This document shows, piece by piece, positions 1 to 9,046 of a stretch of 33,908 nt of DNA (the stretch's first letter is position 1; each line of letters starts with the position of its first letter). The DNA comes from Abditibacteriaceae bacterium (GTDB lineage Bacteria; Armatimonadota; Abditibacteriia; Abditibacteriales; Abditibacteriaceae): contig JANPJS010000032.1 of the NCBI GenBank assembly GCA_031425655.1, positions 1-33,908 of the forward strand, read 5' to 3'. A program made the position numbers and the translations under genes. Under the pieces are notes generated by a model. It did not search any database and was not told where the DNA came from. It saw only the letters and a program-made list of their open reading frames with translations.

Positions 1-2307
1 ACCAAAAAAGGCGGGCTGGCGCTGGATAAATTAGCCTTCGATTTGGAGGATGCCAAAAACTTCGACCAGTGGTTGCGCGTTTTTGATCGCGTGGATAAAG
101 GAGAAATGCCGCCTCCTAATAAACCGCAGCCTGCGGCGCATCACCGCGCGGCGCACCTCGATTATTTGCGCACGCGCTTGCTGGCGTTTTCGCATCAAAA
201 GCAAGCCGCCGAGGGTCGCACCGTTTTGCGGCGACTTAATCGTGTGGAATATGAAAATACTTTGCACGATTTGCTGGGCATTGACGTGCGCTTGCAGGAA
301 TCGCTGCCCGAAGATACGCCGCTGCATGGCTTCGATACCGTGGCCGATGGGCTGCGCCTTTCGCAGTTGCACATCGAAAAATATCTCGAAGCCGCCGACC
401 TCGCTTTAAATCAGGCGATTCGCTTGGATGAAAAACCGGACGTTAAAAATCAGCACTTCGTGTATAAAGAACAACAAGGTATCGTAAAAAACGCCGAATC
501 CGAAAAAGGTGCAATTTTGCTGCTGGACGAGGCGGCGGTGCTTTTTACCGGAGCCGATTACATTACCAAAATTAACGGCGTAAATTTTCGTGAAAGCGGC
601 CTTTATAAATTTCGGGCGTCGGGCTATGCTTATCAAAGCGAAAAGCCGGTTGGTTTGCTGCTCTTTTCGGGCAGTTACAAGGCAGGCAGCAGGCGCATTT
701 TGGGCAATTTCGATATGCCCGCCAAAAGCGCCGATGCTAAGGCGCGCGAAGTGGAATGGACAGCGCGCGTTGAAGCGGGCGAATTTGTTTATCCTTCGCC
801 CGAAGGCATCGAAGCGGGCGCCGATGGAAAAAACGTCAATGCTGTCGGCGCCAAAAATTACAGCGGTTCGGGGCTGGCTTTGCAGTGGGTGGATATTGAA
901 GGCCCCGTTTTGGAAAGCTGGCCGCCGCCAAGCGTAAAACGGATATTCGGCGAGACGCCGGTTGTGGAATTGGATAAGAAAAAACAGCGCTACGCCAACG
1001 GGCGCAAAATCGCCTATCAGCTGGCGCCCGAAAATCCGCAGGCAGCCATTCGCCCTCTCGTCGAACGCTTTGCAACGCGCGCTTATCGCCGCCCATTGGA
1101 GGCAGGCGAAGTGGATGGTTTTATCCAGTTGGCGCAAGAGAAACTGAAAGATAACGCTTCGTTTGAAGATGCGCTTCGTGTCGCTTTTCGCGGCATTTTG
1201 GTATCGCCTTCTTTTTTGTTATTTGAAGAAAAAACGGGGCCGCTCGGCGCTTACGCTTTGGCTTCGCGCCTGTCGTATTTTTTATGGAGTTCGATGCCGG
1301 ACGAAGAACTTTTAAATCTGGCAGCGCAAGGCCAATTGAACAAGCCCGCTGTTTTACGCGCGCAGGTTGAACGAATGTTGAACAACCCAAAAAATTCTCT
1401 GGCACACAACTTCGCCGGGCAATGGCTTGAACTGCGCAACCTTGATGCGACCACGCCGGATAGGAATCTTTATCCCGAATTCGATGATCTGCTGAAACTC
1501 TCGATGCTGAGCGAAACCGAAGCGTTTTTTAATGAAATGCTGCGCGACAATTTGAGTATCACGAATTTCGTCAATTCAGATTGGACGATTCTCAATCGCC
1601 GCTTGGCGCAGCATTATGGCATCGCGGGCGTGCAAGGCGAGCAATTCCGGCGCGTGGTTTTGCCTGCCGATTCACCGCGCGGCGGCGTTCTCACGCAAGG
1701 CGCGGTGTTAAAAGTGACGGCTAACGGCACTGTGACTTCGCCGGTTTTGCGCGGCACATGGGTGATGAAGCACATTATGGGCACGCCGCCTGCGCCGCCG
1801 CCGCCCGATGTCGGCAGCATCGAGCCGGATACGCGCGGCGCGACAACGGTGCGCGAACAACTGGACAAGCACCGCACGGTGCCCAGTTGCAATTCGTGCC
1901 ATCGTATGATTGACCCACCGGGTTTTGCTCTTGAAAGTTTTGATGTTATCGGCGGCTGGCGTGAGCGTTACCGTTCGCAGGGCAAGGGCGATAGGCCAAC
2001 TTATAAATTCCAGGGGCGCAACATTTACGAATACAAACTCGGCCCGCCCGTTGATGCATCGGGCCAATTGGCCGATGGGCGACCGTTTGCCGATGTGCAC
2101 GAATTCAAAAAATTGTTGATGCAACAACAAGATCAAATCGCGCGCGCTTTAGCGGGCCATTTGCTCACTTATGCAACGGGTGCGGGCGTGCAATTTTCTG
2201 ATCGGGCAACAGTCGAAGAAATTGTAAAAAAAGTGCGTCCGCAAAATCTGGGCTTACGCGCCATGGTGCATGAAGTGGTGCAAAGCAAAGCGTTTCTCAG
2301 TAAGTAA
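1..2307 (+). CDS. DUF1592-family multidomain protein (DUF1587/1595/1592/1588/1585, planctomycete cytochrome-c-like), 5'-truncated
   Basis: Frame is open from base 1 (TKKGGLALD...). Motifs LRRLNRVEYENTLHDLLG, LASRLSYFLWSSMPDEEL, RGGVLTQ, TSPVLRG, PPPPP, CNSCH (CxxCH), IDPPGFALESFD. Confidence 0.9.
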   Translation, partial: TKKGGLALDKLAFDLEDAKNFDQWLRVFDRVDKGEMPPPNKPQPAAHHRAAHLDYLRTRLLAFSHQKQAAEGRTVLRRLNRVEYENTLHDLLGIDVRLQESLPEDTPLHGFDTVADGLRLSQLHIEKYLEAADLALNQAIRLDEKPDVKNQHFVYKEQQGIVKNAESEKGAILLLDEAAVLFTGADYITKINGVNFRESGLYKFRASGYAYQSEKPVGLLLFSGSYKAGSRRILGNFDMPAKSADAKAREVEWTARVEAGEFVYPSPEGIEAGADGKNVNAVGAKNYSGSGLALQWVDIEGPVLESWPPPSVKRIFGETPVVELDKKKQRYANGRKIAYQLAPENPQAAIRPLVERFATRAYRRPLEAGEVDGFIQLAQEKLKDNASFEDALRVAFRGILVSPSFLLFEEKTGPLGAYALASRLSYFLWSSMPDEELLNLAAQGQLNKPAVLRAQVERMLNNPKNSLAHNFAGQWLELRNLDATTPDRNLYPEFDDLLKLSMLSETEAFFNEMLRDNLSITNFVNSDWTILNRRLAQHYGIAGVQGEQFRRVVLPADSPRGGVLTQGAVLKVTANGTVTSPVLRGTWVMKHIMGTPPAPPPPDVGSIEPDTRGATTVREQLDKHRTVPSCNSCHRMIDPPGFALESFDVIGGWRERYRSQGKGDRPTYKFQGRNIYEYKLGPPVDASGQLADGRPFADVHEFKKLLMQQQDQIARALAGHLLTYATGAGVQFSDRATVEEIVKKVRPQNLGLRAMVHEVVQSKAFLSK

Positions 2308-2324
2308 TGGAAAGCAGGACGTTT

Positions 2325-3599
2325 ATGAACACACAAAATTTGTCGCGGCGCACGTTTTTGAAGGGCACCGGCGTAGCGCTTTCGCTGCCGTTTCTTGATG
2401 CTATGTTCCCGCAGCGTGTGCTTGCCGACGGCAGTAAAAATACGCCGCCGCGCCGCATGGTCTGCATTTGCACCTCGCTGGGTTTGCACGCCGAAAACTT
2501 GTTTCCTACCACGCCGGGCCGCGATTACGCGCTGTCGCCATATTTGCAAACGCTTAAAGATCACCGTGAGGAGTTTTCAGTCTTTTCGGGGCTTTCTCAT
2601 CCCGAACAAGCGGGCCGCGACGGGCATTCCTCGGAAATGACGTGGCTCACCAGCGCCAAAAATCCGGGGTTGGGCGGATTTCGCAACACCATTTCGCTTG
2701 ACCAATATGTCGCCGAAAAAATCGGCTATGAAACGCGCTTTCCCTCGCTGATTATGGGCACAGGGGGCGGCAGTCAATCTTACACGCGCAGCGGCGTGAT
2801 GATTTCTGCTGATTCGAGTCCATCGCGTATTTTTGCAAAATTATTTCTCGATGGTTTGCCCGGCGAAGTGCAGGCGCAGATGAAAAAAATCCGCGAAGGC
2901 CGCAGCATCATGGATGTGGTGCAAGAGCAAGCCAAAGGTTTTGCACGCCGCGTGGGGCAGGCCGACCGCGATAAATTGGATGAATATTACAACTCGGTGC
3001 GCGAAATGGAGCAGCGCCTCGTTAAATCTGAAGATTGGACGCAAAAACCCAAGCCCAAACTGGAGATAGCGCCGCCCAAAGACATTCAAGACGAACGCGA
3101 TTTTATTGGCCGCACCAAACTGCTGTTCGATTTGGTGCCACTGGCGCTGCAAACCGATTCGACGCGCTTGGTTACTATTTTAGTTTCGGGCGGCGGCAAA
3201 GTTCCGCTTGTGGACGGCGTGACAATTGACCATCATGGCCTGAGTCATCATGGAAAAGACCCCGAAAAATTAGCGCAACTGCGGCGCGTGGAAGAAGCGC
3301 AGTTTGAAGCGTTCGGGGGTTTGCTCGGTTCGCTCAAAAAACAGCGCGAAGGCGAGGCGCGCCTCATTGATAACACGATGGTTTTGTTCGGCAGCAATCT
3401 GGGCAACGCCAATGCGCACGACTGGCGCAATCTGCCCGTTGTTTTTGCCGGTGGCGGCTTCAAACATGGCGCTTATCATGCCTTCAATGCCAAAGATAAC
3501 AAGCCGTTTAGCAACCTGTTCGTGACGATGTTGCAACGTATGAACATCGAAACCGAGAGTTTTGGCAGCAGCAGCGGCACGATTAGTGAAATCATTTGA
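2325..3599 (+). CDS. DUF1552-family protein (Tat-like N-terminus)
   Basis: SRRTFLKGTGVALSLPFLDAM, ISLDQ, DKLDEYY.SVREME, HHGLSHH, FGSNLGNANAH, LP...AGG. Usual partner downstream of DUF1592. Start is 2325 (or 2307). Confidence 0.9.
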   Translation: MNTQNLSRRTFLKGTGVALSLPFLDAMFPQRVLADGSKNTPPRRMVCICTSLGLHAENLFPTTPGRDYALSPYLQTLKDHREEFSVFSGLSHPEQAGRDGHSSEMTWLTSAKNPGLGGFRNTISLDQYVAEKIGYETRFPSLIMGTGGGSQSYTRSGVMISADSSPSRIFAKLFLDGLPGEVQAQMKKIREGRSIMDVVQEQAKGFARRVGQADRDKLDEYYNSVREMEQRLVKSEDWTQKPKPKLEIAPPKDIQDERDFIGRTKLLFDLVPLALQTDSTRLVTILVSGGGKVPLVDGVTIDHHGLSHHGKDPEKLAQLRRVEEAQFEAFGGLLGSLKKQREGEARLIDNTMVLFGSNLGNANAHDWRNLPVVFAGGGFKHGAYHAFNAKDNKPFSNLFVTMLQRMNIETESFGSSSGTISEII

Positions 3600-3777
3600 A
3601 CTCTCCCATTATTAAGTCGCGCCAGCATCCATTATGCAAGTTGGTGCGCGCTTTGAACCACACCCGCGAACGAAAGCAACGCGGCTTATTTATGTCGCCC
3701 GGCGGCAACGCGGTGATGGCGGCCTTAGCCGCGCGTTGGCCCTTAGATCTCCTTGTCGTTTCTCCCGAAGCCGCGCA
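3596..3777 (+). pseudogene. 5' fragment of a TrmH/SpoU-family RNA methyltransferase
   Basis: IKSRQHPLCKLVRALNHTRERKQRGLF...G..AVMAALAARWPL resembles the TrmH N-terminal substrate-binding domain. TTG start overlaps the upstream stop. The resemblance ends near 3777 and no SPOUT catalytic domain follows. Confidence 0.6.
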
Positions 3778-4015
3778 AATTGTTTCAGCGCCGGTTTGCA
3801 CGTCGTGCAATCGCAGCGCGCCGTTCCATTCAACCATATCGTGCGCGGGCCAGAAGCGCACGCCGCGCTCCTGAAAACGGCGCGTCCATTCGTCTAACGA
3901 CCAATGTTCCATCAATGGGCCGACCGAAGCGAGCGGCGTGACGAACTCGATTTGCACGCCGCGCGACGGCGAATGGGCACTACCACATCCCACTGCTGTA
4001 ACACTCCAACTCGCT

Positions 4016-5410
4016 ATGAAATTGTTCACCTTTCTCATCCTTTCACTCGCCGGACTTTTCACCATGCCGACTTGCGCCAACGCGCAGCGCGTTGCTTCGG
4101 TGGAAGCGCTTGTCACGACAGTGGCCGAGGCGAAAAACGGCGCGGTCATTGAACTGGCGGCGGGCACTTTCAAACTGACGCAGCCGCTGGATTTGAAAAC
4201 GGGCATGACGCTCAAAGGTGCGGGCATTGGCAAAACCATCATCACGCACGCGGAAGGCTGGCAGGCGAATCCCGCAACGCTGCCCGACCCGGAGACGAAT
4301 CACGCGAAGTTCGACCGCACCGGCTATCTCATCCGCTGCGCGAACGATGCGAAGGACATTACCGTGTCGCACCTCACGCTCACCGGGGCGGGGATGCACG
4401 GCGCGATTTTTGGCTTCGCCAACGAGGGGCTGCACTTCCACGACCTGCGTATTGCGGACTTCATGTATTGCGGCATCCGCACTTACGCGATGAAGCGGGT
4501 AAAGATTCACGACTGCACGTTCGTGGACGCCGGGCAGCGGTGGGAAAATGGCAAGCCCGGCGTGAAAGGCGGCATCACGGGCGGCGGCATTTTCGCCATC
4601 TGGATGAGCGATACGGAGATATGGAACAACTGCTTTCTCGTCACCAAGACCGCGCCGAACGAGCACTTCTACGGCATCAAAGGACGGGAGGCGCGGCGCG
4701 TCCGCATTCACCACAACACCATCGAGGCGGGCTTCTCCATCGAGCTGCCGTTCGAGGGCGATGAGGATGTAGAAATTGACCACAACATCCTGCTTTCCGC
4801 CGTTTCCATCCCGAAATATGCGGGCGGCCCGGTGCCGAAAAGCGGGCGCACGTTTCATCTGCACCACAATTATTTCCGCGATGGCTACTCCATCGAGTTC
4901 GTGCGCAACGGCGTGGAAATTGACCACAACCTTTTCGACTTCGACGCCGCGAGCGACGGCGGGAATCTGATCTCGGCGTTTGGCGATGTGGCCGCGAAAG
5001 GCCCGGCGAAGTTTCACAACAACCTCGTGAGCAATCCCGGTCGCGGCGTGATGTGGATGAACGAGCCTTACGCAAATCTCGAAGTGCGCAACAATCACAT
5101 CATCGCCCGCACCACCAAAACGCCGCGCACCGAAGGGCTATTTGGCTTCAACGAGAAGAGCGAATTTGCGACGTTCCAATTCACGAGCAACATCACTGAG
5201 TGCGAAGGCATGGCGCGTCCGCTCTTCCGCAACGACGCGAGCGGCGGCGCCGTAGTGGAGAACAACCGCCTCACTAACGTGACCGACACCGCGCGCTATA
5301 CGAACAAGCAAACCGGCGCGCCCATCGGACTGGAGCAGCCTCTGAAATTCGGGTGCGGCGTAAACGGCGAAATGACCGTGGACGGCTGGAAGACGGAGCG
5401 AAAGCAGTAA
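4016..5410 (+). CDS. Secreted right-handed parallel beta-helix (pectin-lyase-like) protein
   Basis: Signal peptide MKLFTFLILSLAGL...ANA-Q; GAVIELAAGTF...LKGAGIGKTII; repeated IHHNTI/IDHNIL/LHHNYF/IDHNLF/FHNNLV/VRNNHI strands. ATG 4016 preferred over 3938. Confidence 0.8.
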   Translation: MKLFTFLILSLAGLFTMPTCANAQRVASVEALVTTVAEAKNGAVIELAAGTFKLTQPLDLKTGMTLKGAGIGKTIITHAEGWQANPATLPDPETNHAKFDRTGYLIRCANDAKDITVSHLTLTGAGMHGAIFGFANEGLHFHDLRIADFMYCGIRTYAMKRVKIHDCTFVDAGQRWENGKPGVKGGITGGGIFAIWMSDTEIWNNCFLVTKTAPNEHFYGIKGREARRVRIHHNTIEAGFSIELPFEGDEDVEIDHNILLSAVSIPKYAGGPVPKSGRTFHLHHNYFRDGYSIEFVRNGVEIDHNLFDFDAASDGGNLISAFGDVAAKGPAKFHNNLVSNPGRGVMWMNEPYANLEVRNNHIIARTTKTPRTEGLFGFNEKSEFATFQFTSNITECEGMARPLFRNDASGGAVVENNRLTNVTDTARYTNKQTGAPIGLEQPLKFGCGVNGEMTVDGWKTERKQ

Positions 5411-5658
5411 GAACTGTCTGGGAATAGCCATTAATCTTGGGTTGAGCCGCTTTTCAATAGGACGCGGAGCTTCGCTTTTCTGCCCAGAGTGCGCCCGAAA
5501 CGGCTTTGATTTTCGCGGTTTTTCCGATAGATTGCATAAATCAGCGGGAATCCGCGCATGAAATCGGGGCACCCGCTTGTGGGTCGGATAGCGAAGCTCC
5601 GCGTCCTATTCAAAAAGTCTTCGCGGTAGTTAAGTGACCAATTCCCAGACAATTTCTA
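5408..5658. mobile_element. MITE-like nested palindromic element A
   Basis: Outer imperfect IR TAAGAACTGTCTGGGAAT (5408-5425) / ATTCCCAGACAATTTCTA (5641-5658), 15/18. Inner perfect 21-bp IR AATAGGACGCGGAGCTTCGCT (5456-5476 / 5590-5610). Confidence 0.65.
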
Positions 5659-5843
5659 AGAATCAGTCTGAAAAGTCGGGCCTGAGTTTAAAGGCTCGGC
5701 GCTTTTGTCATTCTGAGTCCTGCCCAGAGGGCACCCGGAAGAATCTACTACCGATGGGATGACATAATGGATTCTTCGCAAGCTCAGAATGACAAACCCT
5801 ATTGCTTTGCTTCACGCCCTGACTTTTCAGACTGATTCTTAGA
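5655..5843. mobile_element. MITE-like nested palindromic element B carrying a GTCATTCTGAG REP-like core
   Basis: Perfect 23-bp outer IR (5655-5677 / 5821-5843); inner IR TTTGTCATTCTGAG (5704-5717 / 5783-5796); innermost GAAGAATC / GATTCTTC (5738-5745 / 5770-5777). Confidence 0.75.
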
Positions 5844-5956
5844 CCTCGAATTTTCAACCCGGTGAACTCACTTTTCCAATGACAGCCATCACGCGACTCA
5901 TCGCCAGCGTCGCACTGGCCACGCCGCAGGTCATTATCTGTCGCGAACGAACACCC

Positions 5957-7588
5957 ATGAAAATATTCACGCTATTCCTGCTGCTTTTCCTCTGCGTGCT
6001 GCCATTGTGTGCAGCACCGCCGCTGATCGTCACCGGTTGGGATTCGCCCACGCCGGCGCAGTTCCGACGGCATCTGGCGGAATTCGAAACGTTGGGCTTA
6101 TTTGAGGGAACGACCATTGCCCCCACCCGACGCCTGAGCGACGGGGCGGTAGTCAGCGCGAAGAACGCCTTCTCGCGCGAGCCGTGGCAGTGGAAAGAGT
6201 TCGCAGCGGCGCTGGCAGACCTTCAGGCATCAAAACCAACCACCTGTCGCGAGACATTTCTCATGCTTTACTCGAATCCCGGCGATGTGGATTGGTTCGA
6301 CGATGCGGCGTGGCGCGAGGTGGTGAACCACTGGCGGCTGCTGGCGCGACTGGCCAAACAGGGCGGGCTGCGCGGCCTGCTCTACGATGCCGAGCCTTAT
6401 ACGAAACCGCATTCGCAGTTCCGCTACGGCGCGCAGGCCGGGCGGGAAAAGCACGACTTCGCTGCGTATCGCGCCAAGGCCCGCGCACGCGGTGGCGAGG
6501 TGATGCGGGCGGTAGCGGAGGAATTTCCAGAAGTGCAGATATTCTGCTACCGCCTCTTTTCCGATATGCTGCCGATGCTCAATAGCGGTGACCTGACGCG
6601 GGCGCTGGAAGCCGATACCTACGGCCTTCAGCCATCGTTTGTAGATGGGTGGATGGACGCGCTGCCACCCGGCCTGACTATCATCGAAGGCACCGAAGAC
6701 ATCGGCTACCGCGCCAACTCGCCGGCGGAATACGACGCCGCCTTCACCCGCCAGCGTTTGCGGCTGCCGGAGTTTGTGGCTCCCGAACACCGGCAAAAAT
6801 TTGCCCAACATCTACGCATCGGCCAAAGCCTTTATCTCGATGCACACATCAATCCGCCGGGTAATCCCTGGCATATCAATAGTGCCGGCTCCACGCCCGC
6901 CGCACGTCTGGCGGCCAACCTCGCCTCCGCGCTGGCCGCCAGCGATGGCATCGTATGGTTGTATGGCGAGCAGGCCCGCTGGTGGCCGGGCGGAAATAGC
7001 AAAATAAAAATGTGGCCGGAAAAGTTTCCCGGCATCGTGCAGGCCGTCCGTCGCGCCAAAGACCCCGCCGCTTTTGCCCGCAGGGTTTTTGCAGCGAAAA
7101 CGCCACGCGCGAATTTGCTCCGCAATGGCGATTTCGCTAAGGCGCAAGCCAAAGGCGAAGCTCCAGACGGCTGGTTCGCGTGGCAGGATGACCATTCGCA
7201 CGGCGTCATCGCTTGTGCGGACGGACGAGTCACCATCAGCAGTGCGAGCGAAGCCGTGGTTGGCATTGTCGCGGAGACAAAACCCGGCACTCTGCTCGCT
7301 GCCCGCCTGCGCGTGAAGCCTGCGGGCCGTGGACAGGGCGGGCTGACCATCGGCTGGAAAACGAGCGATGGCCATTGGACTGCCCACGCCCACAACGCGA
7401 AATTCTTTCCCTCTGGCCCGGCGGATGCCGATGGTTGGAGAGAAATCACCGGCCTGATCGAAGTGCCGTCAGGTGCCGGACACATCGTCTTCATGGCCTC
7501 CGCTGCTGCGCAATTCACCGCCAGCGACCGCTGCGAATTTGACGACGCCGAACTCGTGATTGTCCCAGCAGATGTTGAAGAGAAATAG
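5957..7588 (+). CDS. Secreted hypothetical protein: putative TIM-barrel glycoside-hydrolase-like domain plus C-terminal CBM4/9-like domain
   Basis: Signal peptide MKIFTLFLLLFLCVLPLCA; motifs GWDSP, DWFDD, GGLRGLLYDAEPY; C-terminal NLLRNGDF...PDGW...FDDAEL typical of galactose-binding-like folds. Confidence 0.65.
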   Translation: MKIFTLFLLLFLCVLPLCAAPPLIVTGWDSPTPAQFRRHLAEFETLGLFEGTTIAPTRRLSDGAVVSAKNAFSREPWQWKEFAAALADLQASKPTTCRETFLMLYSNPGDVDWFDDAAWREVVNHWRLLARLAKQGGLRGLLYDAEPYTKPHSQFRYGAQAGREKHDFAAYRAKARARGGEVMRAVAEEFPEVQIFCYRLFSDMLPMLNSGDLTRALEADTYGLQPSFVDGWMDALPPGLTIIEGTEDIGYRANSPAEYDAAFTRQRLRLPEFVAPEHRQKFAQHLRIGQSLYLDAHINPPGNPWHINSAGSTPAARLAANLASALAASDGIVWLYGEQARWWPGGNSKIKMWPEKFPGIVQAVRRAKDPAAFARRVFAAKTPRANLLRNGDFAKAQAKGEAPDGWFAWQDDHSHGVIACADGRVTISSASEAVVGIVAETKPGTLLAARLRVKPAGRGQGGLTIGWKTSDGHWTAHAHNAKFFPSGPADADGWREITGLIEVPSGAGHIVFMASAAAQFTASDRCEFDDAELVIVPADVEEK

Positions 7589-7624
7589 GTCATTCCGGTC
7601 ATTCCCGCACCCACAACCGACGCC

Positions 7625-7695
7625 ATAAACATCACTTCAACATTACCCGCCCTCGTCTCAACGCCGTGCAAATCAAGAGTTTCCGTGCCGGTTAG
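7625..7695 (+). pseudogene. Degenerate 5' remnant of a phyH-family gene (copy of the start of 26805..27629)
   Basis: 7642-7686 encodes ITRPRLNAVQIKSFR versus ITRPRLNAAQIESFR at 26826-26870 (38/45 nt). Start ATG is now ATA (7625), there is a 4-nt deletion, and TAG follows at 7693-7695. Confidence 0.8.
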
Positions 7696-7717
7696 GGAAG
7701 ATCAAGTTAGGGAAGAT
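7691..7717 (+). repeat. 12-bp direct repeat GTTAGGGAAGAT x2
   Basis: Copies at 7691-7702 and 7706-7717. Confidence 0.85.
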
Positions 7718-7788
7718 ACAGAAAGTGCATTTTCTTGAGTTCGATACGAAGGAATCAACGAAGAAATCGCTGTTGTTAGCTCACCACG

Positions 7789-7824
7789 AAAAGGACGCCT
7801 GAATTCAGGCGTCCTTTTGTTTTT
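7789..7824. terminator. Probable bidirectional intrinsic terminator
   Basis: Perfect 30-bp palindrome AAAAGGACGCCTGAATTCAGGCGTCCTTTT (7789-7818) followed by a T-rich tract. Confidence 0.8.
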
Positions 7825-7887
7825 AACCGTGTTTTTGAAATCTTTCTCGCAATCTATTTAAGAATCGCCTCTGCGGGGCTATACTGT

Positions 7888-7904
7888 TTATATCCGCTTA
7901 TAAT
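7888..7904 (+). promoter_or_regulatory. Candidate LacI-type operator overlapping a TATAAT -10 box
   Basis: TTATATCCGCTTATAA (7888-7903) is 12/16 palindromic with a central CG. TATAAT at 7899-7904 lies 20 nt before the lacI ATG. No good -35 seen. Confidence 0.45.
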
Positions 7905-7924
7905 TTAAAAGATATGGCACTTCG

Positions 7925-8968
7925 ATGAGCACTCAAAAAGAGATCGCGCAAAAACTGGGAGTCACACCCGTATTAGTTTCGCGGGCGCTTGGCGGGCATC
8001 CTTCGGTGGCGTCGTCTACGCGCGCACGCATTGAAGAAGCGGCTAAAGAATTGGGTTACGGCGCTACCAGTAATATTCACGCGCGCACGATGGCAGCGCG
8101 TCGTCATGGAAAAAAGATCGCAACGGGAATGTATGCGGTAGCTTTGCCGTCCTTTGGCGACAAGGCCGGTTTGCGCGACAACATTTTCTTTTCACGAATA
8201 CTGGCCGGAGTCGAAAATGAGGCGTTAGAACGCGATCAGGAATTGGTTCTCGCCACATATCGCGCACAACGCCCGCCGCGTTGGTTGCGCGAAGGCGAGG
8301 TTGATGGCGTGGTTTGCCTGAATTGGGATCCCGACCTTTTCCAAACCCTGCGTCGGAAAGCACTGTCTTTCGTGACGGTGCAGGATTTTTATCCCGGCGC
8401 GCTCGGTATCGCGTCCGCCGAGCGCGAAGGTATACGGCTGGTCACGGAGTATTTGCTGGGGCTTGGACATCGGCGACTGGCATATCTGGGGCTGAGTGGG
8501 CGTGGCCCGTCGCAACGGCGTTTGCGCGGGTTCTATGATGCAATGCGCGCATCGGGACTTGCCCCGGACGATGCACTTGTCAACATATCGCACAATTTGC
8601 TCGAAGACGGTGCGGAAATCGTGCGCGAACTGCTGGCAGCGAGCGGCAAGAACACTCGCTTCACTGCTCTGGTGTGCCACAACGACATGATGGCGATACA
8701 GGCGGTGCGCGAACTGGAGCGCCATGGTCTGCGCGTTCCTGAAGATGTCAGCGTGACGGGCTTCGACGATTTGTCTGCCGCGCAGCATTTCGAGCCGCAA
8801 CTGACCGGCGTTGCTTACGACTTATGCGAGATGGGGCAACGCGCGATGCAGATGTTGCTTGAAGCCCGCGAACTTGAAACTCACCCCGGTAACGACAAAG
8901 AACAGCACGAAATGTGGCCGGTTGAGCTGGCGGTGCGCGCTTCGACGCGCGAAGCCGGGAAACCGTGA
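7925..8968 (+). CDS. LacI-family transcriptional regulator
   Basis: HTH TQKEIAQKLGVT..LVSRAL...V...TRARIEEAAKELGY; LGHRRLAYL, CHNDMMA, GLRVPEDVSVTGFDD. Confidence 0.95.
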   Translation: MSTQKEIAQKLGVTPVLVSRALGGHPSVASSTRARIEEAAKELGYGATSNIHARTMAARRHGKKIATGMYAVALPSFGDKAGLRDNIFFSRILAGVENEALERDQELVLATYRAQRPPRWLREGEVDGVVCLNWDPDLFQTLRRKALSFVTVQDFYPGALGIASAEREGIRLVTEYLLGLGHRRLAYLGLSGRGPSQRRLRGFYDAMRASGLAPDDALVNISHNLLEDGAEIVRELLAASGKNTRFTALVCHNDMMAIQAVRELERHGLRVPEDVSVTGFDDLSAAQHFEPQLTGVAYDLCEMGQRAMQMLLEARELETHPGNDKEQHEMWPVELAVRASTREAGKP

Positions 8969-9046
8969 ACGGGTAGGCAGGGCGAAAGTAAGATGGTTCG
9001 TCAAAGCGTCGTAAAATCCACAGGTTTGCGAGAAAAAGGAAGGGTT

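Noticed and set aside
5408..5843. CRISPR array or attC cassette array
   Set aside because: The repeats are nested inverted repeats, not regularly spaced direct repeats. There are no cas or integrase genes and no consistent attC core sites.
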